Of a DNA stretch of 64,000 bases, positions 1 through 8,472 are shown piece by piece. Source of the stretch: Clostridiales bacterium (lineage in GTDB: Bacteria; Bacillota; Clostridia; Oscillospirales; CAG-272); assembly GCA_022800625.1 (NCBI GenBank), contig JAAWQR010000001.1, positions 151,786 through 215,785 on the forward strand. The letters are read 5' to 3'. Position 1 is the stretch's first letter. Each line of letters begins with the position of its first letter. A program made the translations under genes and the position numbers. Under the pieces are notes generated by a model, which made no database searches, had not been told where the DNA came from, and saw nothing but the letters and a program-made list of their open reading frames with translations.

Positions 1-896
1 ATAATCGGAAGATATTTATCGGCAAAATTCAGTTCGGTTTTGTTTCTGATATCGGAAAGTTCCGCTTCAAGAAGTTTTTTTGAGCGGTCGTTTTCGATGA
101 CATTTCCGCTTTTTTGAATCTTCCCCAAAACAGGCTGTATTGCGTTCTCGATTTGTTCTCTTATCTCATCCGTTATTAAAAGCTCGCGTGCCGGAGGAAT
201 AATTATCTCATGCTCGCACATCTCGGAAAAACGCTGAGATTCAGGATCGAATGTTCCGATTCTGTCTACTTCATCTCCGAAAAGCTCAATTCTGTAAGCA
301 TTTCCTGTCGGAACAAATATATCTATTATTCCGCCGCGTCTTGCAAATTGTCCCGAACCTTCGACTATCTCCACCTTTTTGTAACCGAAATCAAGGAGAG
401 AGACCGATAGCTCATCAAGGTCTATTGCAGAAGAGATGTCAAGGACAATAGTCTTCTCTTTTACGATCTCGCACGGAAGAGTTACCTGAAGAGCCGCCGA
501 TATTCCTGAACAAACGGCAAAAGCATCGTTTTGAGAATAACCTGCGAGACTTGATATCACGGAGAGCCTCTCATTTTCAAATTCATGAGAGGCAGCCATA
601 TTATTAAAATTAAAATCGCGCGCTGAATATTTCATTGCGGGAATACCGTATGACATCAAAAATTCAGCTTCGGAAGCCGCCTCTTTATCGTCGGGGAAAA
701 GAAACAGAATATTCTTTCCATGCGATATAATATCTTCGGCAAGAGCTGCATGAAAATAACTGTCGGCGCTCTCTGATATGCCGCTGACAAGATGCGGCTT
801 TTTGGACAGTCCTTTTCCCGACGCTTTCAGACTGTTAAGAAGTTCACTGTATTCTCTGTCGCTCCTGATCTGCGACATGATAAGATTATTGTTCAA
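1..896 (-). CDS. mfd: Transcription-repair coupling factor Mfd, N-terminal part (runs off the window)
   Basis: Manual translation from TTG at 896 (GGAGGT SD): MNNNLIMSQIRSDREY...GQFARRGGIIDIF...RIELFGDEVDRI, the UvrB-homology module. Follows pth, the usual pth-mfd order. Absent from the ORF track because it has no stop in the window. Confidence 0.9.
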   Translation of the reverse strand, partial: MNNNLIMSQIRSDREYSELLNSLKASGKGLSKKPHLVSGISESADSYFHAALAEDIISHGKNILFLFPDDKEAASEAEFLMSYGIPAMKYSARDFNFNNMAASHEFENERLSVISSLAGYSQNDAFAVCSGISAALQVTLPCEIVKEKTIVLDISSAIDLDELSVSLLDFGYKKVEIVEGSGQFARRGGIIDIFVPTGNAYRIELFGDEVDRIGTFDPESQRFSEMCEHEIIIPPARELLITDEIREQIENAIQPVLGKIQKSGNVIENDRSKKLLEAELSDIRNKTELNFADKYLPI

Positions 897-911
897 GACG
901 ACCTCCGATAA

Positions 912-1550
912 TTATTTTTTTGCGCGTCCGTTGAATTTCCCCATAGCTTCATCAGATTTATCGCTGATGATCAAGGAAATTGCGTCATATATATCGTCAA
1001 ACCTTGACATGATCTCTCGAATATCATCCTCGCTCATCCTACCGAGAACCCACGCTGCCAGGTCATAATCACGCGAAGGTTTTTCTCCGACTCCTATCCT
1101 GATTCTCTTAAACTCATCGGTTGAAAGGATGTTGATTATGTTTGACAGTCCGTTATGTCCGCCTGCGCTTCCCGATTTTCTGATTCTGATAAATCCGGGA
1201 GACTGACAGATATCGTCGGATAAAATTATAATATTCTCTGCAGGAATTTTATAGAACGCCGCCGCTGCCTGTACAGCCTCCCCGGAGAGATTCATAAACG
1301 TCTGCGGCTTCATCAGGAGCACGTTTTTTTCACCTATTTTACCAACAGCGGTAAGAGATTTGAATTTTGAGTTTGTAATCTTTACTCCGATTCTTTCGGC
1401 AATGCTGTCTATTGCCATAAAACCCGCATTATGTCTTGTATATTCATATTTTTCACCGGGATTTCCAAGTCCCGCTAAAATGTAATCGGGTTTGCCTGCC
1501 GTATTATTGTCCTTACTTATTTTTTTGAACAGTTCAAAAATGTCCGCCAT
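912..1550 (-). CDS. pth: Peptidyl-tRNA hydrolase
   Basis: GLGNPG..Y..TRHNAG, KPQTFMNLSG and GGHNGL motifs. Start moved to ATG 1550 (GAAAGGA SD). Confidence 0.95.
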   Translation of the reverse strand: MADIFELFKKISKDNNTAGKPDYILAGLGNPGEKYEYTRHNAGFMAIDSIAERIGVKITNSKFKSLTAVGKIGEKNVLLMKPQTFMNLSGEAVQAAAAFYKIPAENIIILSDDICQSPGFIRIRKSGSAGGHNGLSNIINILSTDEFKRIRIGVGEKPSRDYDLAAWVLGRMSEDDIREIMSRFDDIYDAISLIISDKSDEAMGKFNGRAKK

Positions 1551-1835
1551 ATTGGTTCCTTTCATTTTAACGGTACTGTGAATACCTGAACACAGAGAAA
1601 AGTCCGCTCCAAAGACCGGACGCCGTAATATTAAATGATATGAAAGCGCCGCTGATATCAATGTGACACCGACGCTCATTGATAAGATATTTAAATTCAC
1701 TGCTTACGTAAACGTCAGACACAGCGAACTTTAACTATAAATATATGATACAATATCAAAATAAAAAAATCAAGAGCACATCTGAAAAAACATGAATTAT
1801 TCAGCATACAAGAACGGTAAAAATCCGATTTTATA

Positions 1836-1864
1836 TTGCTTTTCCGACAGATTTATGATACTAT
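1836..1864 (+). promoter_or_regulatory. SigmaA-like promoter for the DivIVA-like gene
   Basis: TTGCTT-N17-TACTAT with extended TG. Confidence 0.55.
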
Positions 1865-1928
1865 ATTACATATAGAATCATTTTATGACATATATCTGTC
1901 CGCAGGCAGGATAATGAGGGAGACGCAT

Positions 1929-2672
1929 ATGAGCACTGAAAAAAAAGCTTTTCGTACCTCTATGGGCGGTTTTAACAAAGACGACGTAAATATGTATATT
2001 CTTCGGCAAAGCCGTGAGTTTAAGGAAAAAGAAGAAAACTATAAAAAAGAAATTGAAAAACTCTCTTGTCAGATTGAAGTAATGAATATAGACTTCGATG
2101 AAATCGAAACACTTCGAGAAAAGCTTTCAAAAATCACATCTGATACTGATGAATATGAAAAGAAAATATCGGAGTATAAGTTCAGAATAGAGGAACTTGA
2201 AAAAGCTCTTGCTGAGAAAAGTGCTGAAGCTTCTAAAGACGATAAAGCGCCCGATTTCAATAAAATCCGCATGTACGATCAGTTAAGCTCCCAAATAGGT
2301 GAGATAATAATAGGAGCTAACAAGAATGCCGATGATGTAATAAAAAAAGCTGAAACAGCTGCCAAAAAGCTTCTTGAGGAAAGCGAAAAAAATGCCATTG
2401 AGGCTAAAGCAAGGCTTCAGGTTGCATTTGACAGCATTATCTCAGGGCTCAGAAAAGATATTGAAGCTGAAACAGATTCTTGTATCAAAGAATTTCGCAG
2501 CTATACTCAATCTATAAATTCAGGTTCGCAAAATATGATCGCAGAAATTGAAAAGCGATACTCGGAAATGTCAGATAAGATTACTTCATACAGCGACGCT
2601 CTTGAAGACAGTGTAAAATCACGTGTAAGCACACTGATTCCCGAAGCCGATACGGAAAATAAATCGGAGTAA
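1929..2672 (+). CDS. DivIVA-domain coiled-coil protein
   Basis: N-terminal FRTSMGGFNKDDV (DivIVA motif), coiled coil, and 'IGEIIIGANKNADDVI'. GGGAGA SD before ATG 1929. Confidence 0.75.
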   Translation: MSTEKKAFRTSMGGFNKDDVNMYILRQSREFKEKEENYKKEIEKLSCQIEVMNIDFDEIETLREKLSKITSDTDEYEKKISEYKFRIEELEKALAEKSAEASKDDKAPDFNKIRMYDQLSSQIGEIIIGANKNADDVIKKAETAAKKLLEESEKNAIEAKARLQVAFDSIISGLRKDIEAETDSCIKEFRSYTQSINSGSQNMIAEIEKRYSEMSDKITSYSDALEDSVKSRVSTLIPEADTENKSE

Positions 2673-2684
2673 ACTACAGTACTT

Positions 2685-3209
2685 ATGATAAACGAACTAT
2701 TTACCAATGATATTTCCAATATAGGAAACCTAAAGGCAGGCGACCTTATTTACCTTACCGGAACTGTCTATACAGCCCGCGATGCGGCTCATAAAAAAAT
2801 ATTTGATCTGCTTGACAGAGGAGAAAAAACTCCGTTTGAAATTAGAGGCTCATTTATTTACTTTGCAGGTCCTACCCCGGGAAAAGGAACACTTGCCGTC
2901 GGTGCCTGCGGTCCCACAACATCTTCAAGAATGGATCCTTATACTCCGCGTCTTATGAGACTCGGACTTGCTGCCACTATCGGAAAGGGTGCACGTTCTC
3001 CGGAGGTTGTAAAATCAATAACGGAAACGGGCGGCGTATATCTGTGCGCCATCGGAGGAGCCGGCGCTCTTGCATCGGAAGCAATAAAAAGCATGGAAGT
3101 TATCGCTTTTGATGAACTTGGATGCGAATCCGTAAAGAAGCTGACCGTTGAAAAATTCCCGCTGTATGTCGGTATAGATTCAAACGGAAATACTATCTTT
3201 AAGGCATAA
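2685..3209 (+). CDS. Fe-S hydro-lyase beta subunit (fumarate hydratase class I / tartrate dehydratase beta type)
   Basis: TARDAAH, GPTTSSRM, IGKG, GGAGAL, ELGCE motifs. Confidence 0.92.
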   Translation: MINELFTNDISNIGNLKAGDLIYLTGTVYTARDAAHKKIFDLLDRGEKTPFEIRGSFIYFAGPTPGKGTLAVGACGPTTSSRMDPYTPRLMRLGLAATIGKGARSPEVVKSITETGGVYLCAIGGAGALASEAIKSMEVIAFDELGCESVKKLTVEKFPLYVGIDSNGNTIFKA

Positions 3210-3221
3210 TAATTTATCTGA

Positions 3222-4097
3222 ATGAATAAATCACCTTCAACTATCGGAAACAAAATTAAAGAGATACGATTAAAAAAGAACTTAACTCAGGACGAGCTTT
3301 GCGGAACTGAAATTACGAGGAATAATCTCAGCTTAATTGAAAGAGGAAAATCACTTCCCTCTTTAAAAACGTTATGTTATCTTGCTGACAGACTTGACGT
3401 TCCTTGCGGATATTTTTTCTCCGACAGCGAAGCCGAAGAGGTTAAGTTTATAAATTTTTTTGCTTCGGACGATCTTAAATGTGCGTATAAATCACATAAC
3501 TACAAAAAGTGTATAGAGATTGCAGACTCTGTTCCGAGTTCACTGCAAAATGATGAAACAGCTATGCTCTCTGCCCTGTCTCACTTTTACGAAGGAATTA
3601 TCTCAGCGGAAGCGCTTGACAGTGAAGGAGCAAAAAAACATATGCGCTGTGCTGTTTCTTCAGCTCTTCATACAAGTTATCTCGGCGATGATTTTTTTAA
3701 CGCTGCTTCTTATTATGAATTGCTGTTTTCATCGCTTCTTCAAACTGATATCCCTATGCGGCTTTACGACTTTCATGAAAGCAGCAGCTATGTTCCGATA
3801 GAGCTTATTATGTATTTTAAAATGCTTTCAGAAAAAAAGTCTGCCGAACATTTAGGGGGGTATCTAACAAATCCTTATCATATACAGCATTTTAACGCAA
3901 GAGAAGCCTCTGCAAAAAATAATTATCAGTCTGAATATAAGCTTCTGCTGTCTCTCGCCGAAGATAAAGCACTTCCTTATTATATGAGATATAATGTATG
4001 GAATGATCTTGAAATCTGCTCCAACATTATCGGAGAATTTAAAACAGCATATTTGGCTGCAACATTCAAATTAAAAGCCGGCAGAAATGAACTCTAA
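3222..4097 (+). CDS. XRE-family HTH regulator with helical (TPR-like) C-terminus
   Basis: IGNKIKEIR..LTQDEL..LSLIERG..PSLKTL..LA HTH_3 pattern. Confidence 0.8.
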   Translation: MNKSPSTIGNKIKEIRLKKNLTQDELCGTEITRNNLSLIERGKSLPSLKTLCYLADRLDVPCGYFFSDSEAEEVKFINFFASDDLKCAYKSHNYKKCIEIADSVPSSLQNDETAMLSALSHFYEGIISAEALDSEGAKKHMRCAVSSALHTSYLGDDFFNAASYYELLFSSLLQTDIPMRLYDFHESSSYVPIELIMYFKMLSEKKSAEHLGGYLTNPYHIQHFNAREASAKNNYQSEYKLLLSLAEDKALPYYMRYNVWNDLEICSNIIGEFKTAYLAATFKLKAGRNEL

Positions 4098-4106
4098 AGA
4101 AAGTTA

Positions 4107-4141
4107 TAAGGACACATTCTGAAAATTCCGAATGTGTCCTT
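4107..4141. terminator. Hairpin between convergent genes (bidirectional terminator)
   Basis: AAGGACACATTC...GAATGTGTCCTT inverted repeat. Confidence 0.75.
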
Positions 4142-4727
4142 ATCTTTCCGTAAGCCTGTAACCGTAATTTCTTTTACCTTCAATAAGCCGCTTAACTGCA
4201 CATTGTTCTGATTTTCTGTTAATTGAAGCTATATGCACAGGTACTGATCTCGAATTGTCAGGTGCATTAAAACAAAAATGCGCTATTTCATCGGATGAAG
4301 CAAATTTTTTGCCGATAAACGAAAGATATTTAACTATAATTCGCTCAGTTTCGGTTAAAATCATTGATTTACCGCAGTACTTTACTCTGCCGTGCATGTC
4401 GCAGTATCTTCCGCATGTAATAGAATCGGGATAAAATCCGTATTTTACGAACAACACGTCATAAACACGGTCAACAACCCGAAGCAGCTCTGCCGCAAAA
4501 GACGATTCACTCTCTCCAAGACCGGTGTCGGTATATATTATCCTCTCAGGATCAAAGTTTTCGGGATCAAGTCTGATTGATGTTAAATTTATAAGTGCCA
4601 AATAATCTTTAATATCTGAAATATAAGAATATTCTAAACATGAAGCAGGTATTCCGTGACTCAACAATACACTTCTGTAAGCATACGCTTTATCTTGATA
4701 CCCCGCATCGGTCAATATTATTATCAT
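4140..4727 (-). CDS. OmpR/PhoB-type winged-helix DNA-binding protein with non-canonical N-terminus
   Basis: C-terminal LTETE..I..L...SVPVHIASINRK...IEGKRNYGYRL. No clear receiver DD/D/K set. ATG 4727 has an AAAGGA SD. Confidence 0.7.
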   Translation of the reverse strand: MIIILTDAGYQDKAYAYRSVLLSHGIPASCLEYSYISDIKDYLALINLTSIRLDPENFDPERIIYTDTGLGESESSFAAELLRVVDRVYDVLFVKYGFYPDSITCGRYCDMHGRVKYCGKSMILTETERIIVKYLSFIGKKFASSDEIAHFCFNAPDNSRSVPVHIASINRKSEQCAVKRLIEGKRNYGYRLTER

Positions 4728-4755
4728 AAATTTGAATCCTTTTTTAATAACACAA

Positions 4756-4786
4756 AGAAGCTCCACCGAACAGTGAAGCTTCTTTT
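4756..4786 (-). terminator. Probable terminator after oadA
   Basis: AGAAGCT.CAC...GTG.AGCTTCT inverted repeat. Confidence 0.55.
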
Positions 4787-4802
4787 ATCATGTCAATTTC
4801 TG

Positions 4803-6200
4803 TCAGACAGTGTGTACCTTGTTTTCAGCATCGGCATGCTCAGCATCAACACCGTACTTCTTTGCCTTGCGGTATTCAAAGAACTTGGTTGCTACAGGCC
4901 CGAAGAGTGCATAAGAAAGTACATCCTCTTCCTGCTCCATGTACTGTGCAATTTCTCCGCGGAGCTTATCAAGCTCGGGAGCAAGGGCATCTGCCGGACG
5001 ACCGAGTATCGGTTCTTCATCCCCGATGATCTGACGGCGGAACTCAGGAGAAATCTCAACGGGAGTCTTACCGTACTCACCGCGGACAAGTCCCTTGAAT
5101 TCTTTTGAAACCATCTTATAGCGCTCGCCGGTAATTACATTAAGAACAGCCTGTGTTCCGACTATCTGAGAAGTGGGAGTTACAAGAGGAGCATAACCTG
5201 CATCCTTACGTACACGCGGTACTTCTGCAAGAACTTCATCAAACTTATCACTCTTACCCTGTTGTTTCAGCTGAGATACAAGGTTGGAGAGCATTCCTCC
5301 GGGAACCTGATATGTGAGTCCCTTAACATCAACTTTAAGAACCTTGGGATCAAGAAGTCCTGATTCCATATACTTTTCTCTGAGAGGTGTGAAGTACGCT
5401 GCAACATTGTTCAGGGCTTCCATATTAAGACCTGTGTCATACTCTGTTCCTGCAAGAGTTGCAACGATCGCCTCTGTCGGCGGCTGAGATGTTCCCATAG
5501 CCATTGGAGAGATTGCAGTATCTACAACATCAACTCCTGCCTCTACTGCCTTAAGGACAGTCATTGAAGCAAGACCGGTTGTATAGTGGGTATGAAGTTG
5601 AATCGGTATCTTTACAGTGTCTTTCAGCATACGAACAAGATCATATGCCGCATAAGGAGTAAGAAGACCTGACATATCTTTAATGCAGATAGAATCCGCG
5701 CCCATCGACTCAAGCTCTTTAGCATAATTTGCAAAGGCTTCATTTGAGTGAACGGGACTGATCGTATAGCTGATAGCAGCTTGAACATGACCGCCTTCAC
5801 GCTTTGTAGCCTCAATCGCACAGCGAAGATTTCGAGCGTCGTTAAGCGCATCGAATATTCTGAGAATATCAACGCCGTTTGCAATAGATTTTTGCACGAA
5901 ATACGATACAACGTCATCAGCATAGTGACGGTATCCAAGAATATTTTGACCCCTGAAAAGCATTTGAAGCTTTGTATTTTTTACCTCAGAGCGTATCTTG
6001 CGGAGTCTTTCCCATGGATCTTCATTGAGAAATCTGAGACATGAGTCAAAGGTTGCGCCGCCCCATGCTTCAAGAGAATGATATCCGACCTTATCCATTT
6101 CAGACAGGATCGGGAGCATCTCATCAGTCGTCATTCTTGTAGCAATCAGTGATTGATGAGAGTCTCTGAGTACTGTTTCTGTTATTTTTACTTTTGACAT
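4803..6200 (-). CDS. oadA: Oxaloacetate decarboxylase alpha / pyruvate carboxylase carboxyltransferase subunit, no fused biotin domain
   Basis: ETVLRDSHQS, EAWGGATFD, IKDM, HTH, VPGGM, LVTPTSQIVG motifs. Confidence 0.92.
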   Translation of the reverse strand: MSKVKITETVLRDSHQSLIATRMTTDEMLPILSEMDKVGYHSLEAWGGATFDSCLRFLNEDPWERLRKIRSEVKNTKLQMLFRGQNILGYRHYADDVVSYFVQKSIANGVDILRIFDALNDARNLRCAIEATKREGGHVQAAISYTISPVHSNEAFANYAKELESMGADSICIKDMSGLLTPYAAYDLVRMLKDTVKIPIQLHTHYTTGLASMTVLKAVEAGVDVVDTAISPMAMGTSQPPTEAIVATLAGTEYDTGLNMEALNNVAAYFTPLREKYMESGLLDPKVLKVDVKGLTYQVPGGMLSNLVSQLKQQGKSDKFDEVLAEVPRVRKDAGYAPLVTPTSQIVGTQAVLNVITGERYKMVSKEFKGLVRGEYGKTPVEISPEFRRQIIGDEEPILGRPADALAPELDKLRGEIAQYMEQEEDVLSYALFGPVATKFFEYRKAKKYGVDAEHADAENKVHTV

Positions 6201-6372
6201 AAAACAAACTGTAAAGGCAAATGTTCTCAAATTTACGTATCGTACGTACCACTTGCCGATATAATTATAAATTAAGTATTTCCCATGCACAGCCTAAAAC
6301 GAGCGGAAGACTGTTTCCGTCCAATGTAAAATACTGTTGCTAAAAAGCTATGCGATGGAATATGAGCTTATT

Positions 6373-7551
6373 TTATTTAAAGAGAGTAAGGAATACTCCG
6401 GCTGCAACAGCAGAGCCGATAACGCCTGCAACATTCGGACCCATTGCGTGCATAAGCAGAAAGTTTGAAGGATTCTCTTTCTGACCGACTATCTGAGATA
6501 CACGCGCCGCCATAGGAACAGCGGAAACTCCCGCAGAACCGATAAGAGGATTAATCTTCCCTTTGGTAAGAATGTACATCAGCTTACCTGCAAGAAGACC
6601 TCCGATAGTTGACAGCATAAATGCAATAAGACCCAAAACTATGATGTAAAGCGTTGTCGGAGAAAGGAAATTTTCAGCGTTAGCAGTAGCTCCTACAGAA
6701 ACTCCCAGGAATATCGTTACAATGTTGATAAGCTCGTTCTGAGCAGTTTTTGAAAGTCGGTCGGTAACACCTGAAACATTGAGAAGGTTACCAAACATTA
6801 AGAATCCGACAAGAGGAGCTGCGTCGGGAACTATCATAACGACAATAAGGGTAACAATTGCGGGAAAAGCTACCTTTTCGACAGTAGAAACGGGTCTGAG
6901 AGTCGTCATAACTACAGAGCGTTCTTTCTTTGTAGTAAACAGTTTCATCAATGGCGGCTGAATCATTGGAATCAAAGCCATATAGCTGTACGCCGCAATT
7001 GCAATCGCTCCGAGCAAAGTCGGTGCAAGAATCTTAGTTACAAGAATAGCTGTAGGACCGTCCGCGCCTCCGATAATTCCGATAGCGGCTGCAGCATTTT
7101 CTTTGAACCCTATCATGATTGCTCCGAAATATGCAGCGAAAACTCCAAATTGAGCAGACGCGCCGAGAAAGAGCGATTTAGGATTAGCGATAAGCGGTGA
7201 AAAATCAGTCATCGCTCCTACACCGAGAAATATCAACGAGGGATAGATACCGAGCTTAACACCGAGATATAAGAAGTCTATCAGCGAACCTTCAGATATT
7301 ATTTGCTGAATATCAATATGATCTCCGAGGAAAAACTTCTCCATATGGAAAAGATCAGCACCCGGAAGATTAGCAAGAAGCATACCGAAGGCTATAGGTA
7401 GCAGAAGCAGGGGTTCAAATCCCTTGACTACTGCAAGGTAGAAGAGCACGCCGACGATCGCGTACATGATCAGTGTTTTCACTAACAATGCAGGATCGCC
7501 TATCAATTGAGCAATGCCCGTTGAATTGAAAAAGTTTGAAATATATTCCAA
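6373..7551 (-). CDS. oadB: Na+-translocating decarboxylase beta subunit
   Basis: EPLLLLPI, GIIGGADGPT, GVSAVPMAARV, HAMGPNVAG. Confidence 0.95.
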   Translation of the reverse strand: MEYISNFFNSTGIAQLIGDPALLVKTLIMYAIVGVLFYLAVVKGFEPLLLLPIAFGMLLANLPGADLFHMEKFFLGDHIDIQQIISEGSLIDFLYLGVKLGIYPSLIFLGVGAMTDFSPLIANPKSLFLGASAQFGVFAAYFGAIMIGFKENAAAAIGIIGGADGPTAILVTKILAPTLLGAIAIAAYSYMALIPMIQPPLMKLFTTKKERSVVMTTLRPVSTVEKVAFPAIVTLIVVMIVPDAAPLVGFLMFGNLLNVSGVTDRLSKTAQNELINIVTIFLGVSVGATANAENFLSPTTLYIIVLGLIAFMLSTIGGLLAGKLMYILTKGKINPLIGSAGVSAVPMAARVSQIVGQKENPSNFLLMHAMGPNVAGVIGSAVAAGVFLTLFK

Positions 7552-7587
7552 TTTGCTGCACTCCAGTCTGATAATATCAAAGTTGCA

Positions 7588-7962
7588 TTACGCAACTGTT
7601 ACAATAGTATCGCCTGTAGCAACGCTTGCGCCCTGAGGAGCGGCAATTGCAGTAACAGTGCCTGCAACAGGTGAGAAAATTTCATTTTCCATTTTCATAG
7701 CTTCAAGTACGCAAACAAGAGAATCCTTTTCGATCTTATCGCCCACTTTTACATTCATACGCAAAATAGTACCGGGCATCGGAGCTTTAACAGGTTCTCC
7801 GTTGCCTGCTGCGGGTGCGGGCGCTGCCTTTACGGGAGCTGGTGCTGCAGAAACTGCGGGAGCTGCTACCGGCGCAGGAGTTGAAGAAACGATTGATCCG
7901 CCTGTTTCTTCTACGGAAACCTCATAAGTTACGCCGTTTACGGTTACATTATAGTTTTTCAT
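7588..7962 (-). CDS. Biotin carboxyl carrier protein
   Basis: EAMKM biotinylation motif and Ala/Pro-rich linker. Confidence 0.95.
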   Translation of the reverse strand: MKNYNVTVNGVTYEVSVEETGGSIVSSTPAPVAAPAVSAAPAPVKAAPAPAAGNGEPVKAPMPGTILRMNVKVGDKIEKDSLVCVLEAMKMENEIFSPVAGTVTAIAAPQGASVATGDTIVTVA

Positions 7963-8005
7963 TATTATAAAACCTTTCTATGTATTGCTGAAAAAATTTT
8001 TATTA

Positions 8006-8452
8006 TCAAAGAGATGAGTTCCACGGCTTACCCGAAGATTTTCTCTTAAAAGAAACAACTCTGAACGGTAAAACTTCTCCGTCATCTGAGGTACTTTCCA
8101 AATATGCCGAGATTGCCGCAGTAATGACAGCGACTGTAACACCATCATCCGTTTCGGGTACAACTTCAGCGGCAGGAATATTTTCTGCCGCCTCTTCCTC
8201 TTCTGAGTTAATTTCCTGTATCTTTGCTGTCGCAGAGGCTTCGGCTTTCTTTTTCTTTATATTCGGCAAACCATATACAAAAAATCCGAAAATTGTAAGG
8301 CTGAGCCAAATAATAAATATGACTCCGAATACGGTAAGCATTCCGGTGAGAACCATCATACCGCCGTTTGACAGCTTTTCCGTGAATGAAAATCCGTTGT
8401 TCATAACGGAATTCATATCAACAGCCGCTATTGTTCTTATCATGTTCATCAC
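8006..8452 (-). CDS. OadG/MmdD-type decarboxylase membrane subunit
   Basis: TM segment GMLTVF, then VAVITAAISAY and F.V.SFKR. Operon position fits. Confidence 0.85.
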   Translation of the reverse strand: MMNMIRTIAAVDMNSVMNNGFSFTEKLSNGGMMVLTGMLTVFGVIFIIWLSLTIFGFFVYGLPNIKKKKAEASATAKIQEINSEEEEAAENIPAAEVVPETDDGVTVAVITAAISAYLESTSDDGEVLPFRVVSFKRKSSGKPWNSSL

Positions 8453-8472
8453 GCAAATCCTTTCTTGTTAAA

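Noticed and set aside
3222-4097. RRNPP quorum-sensing receptor
   Set aside because: No adjacent short secreted-peptide ORF, and the TPR assignment is weak.
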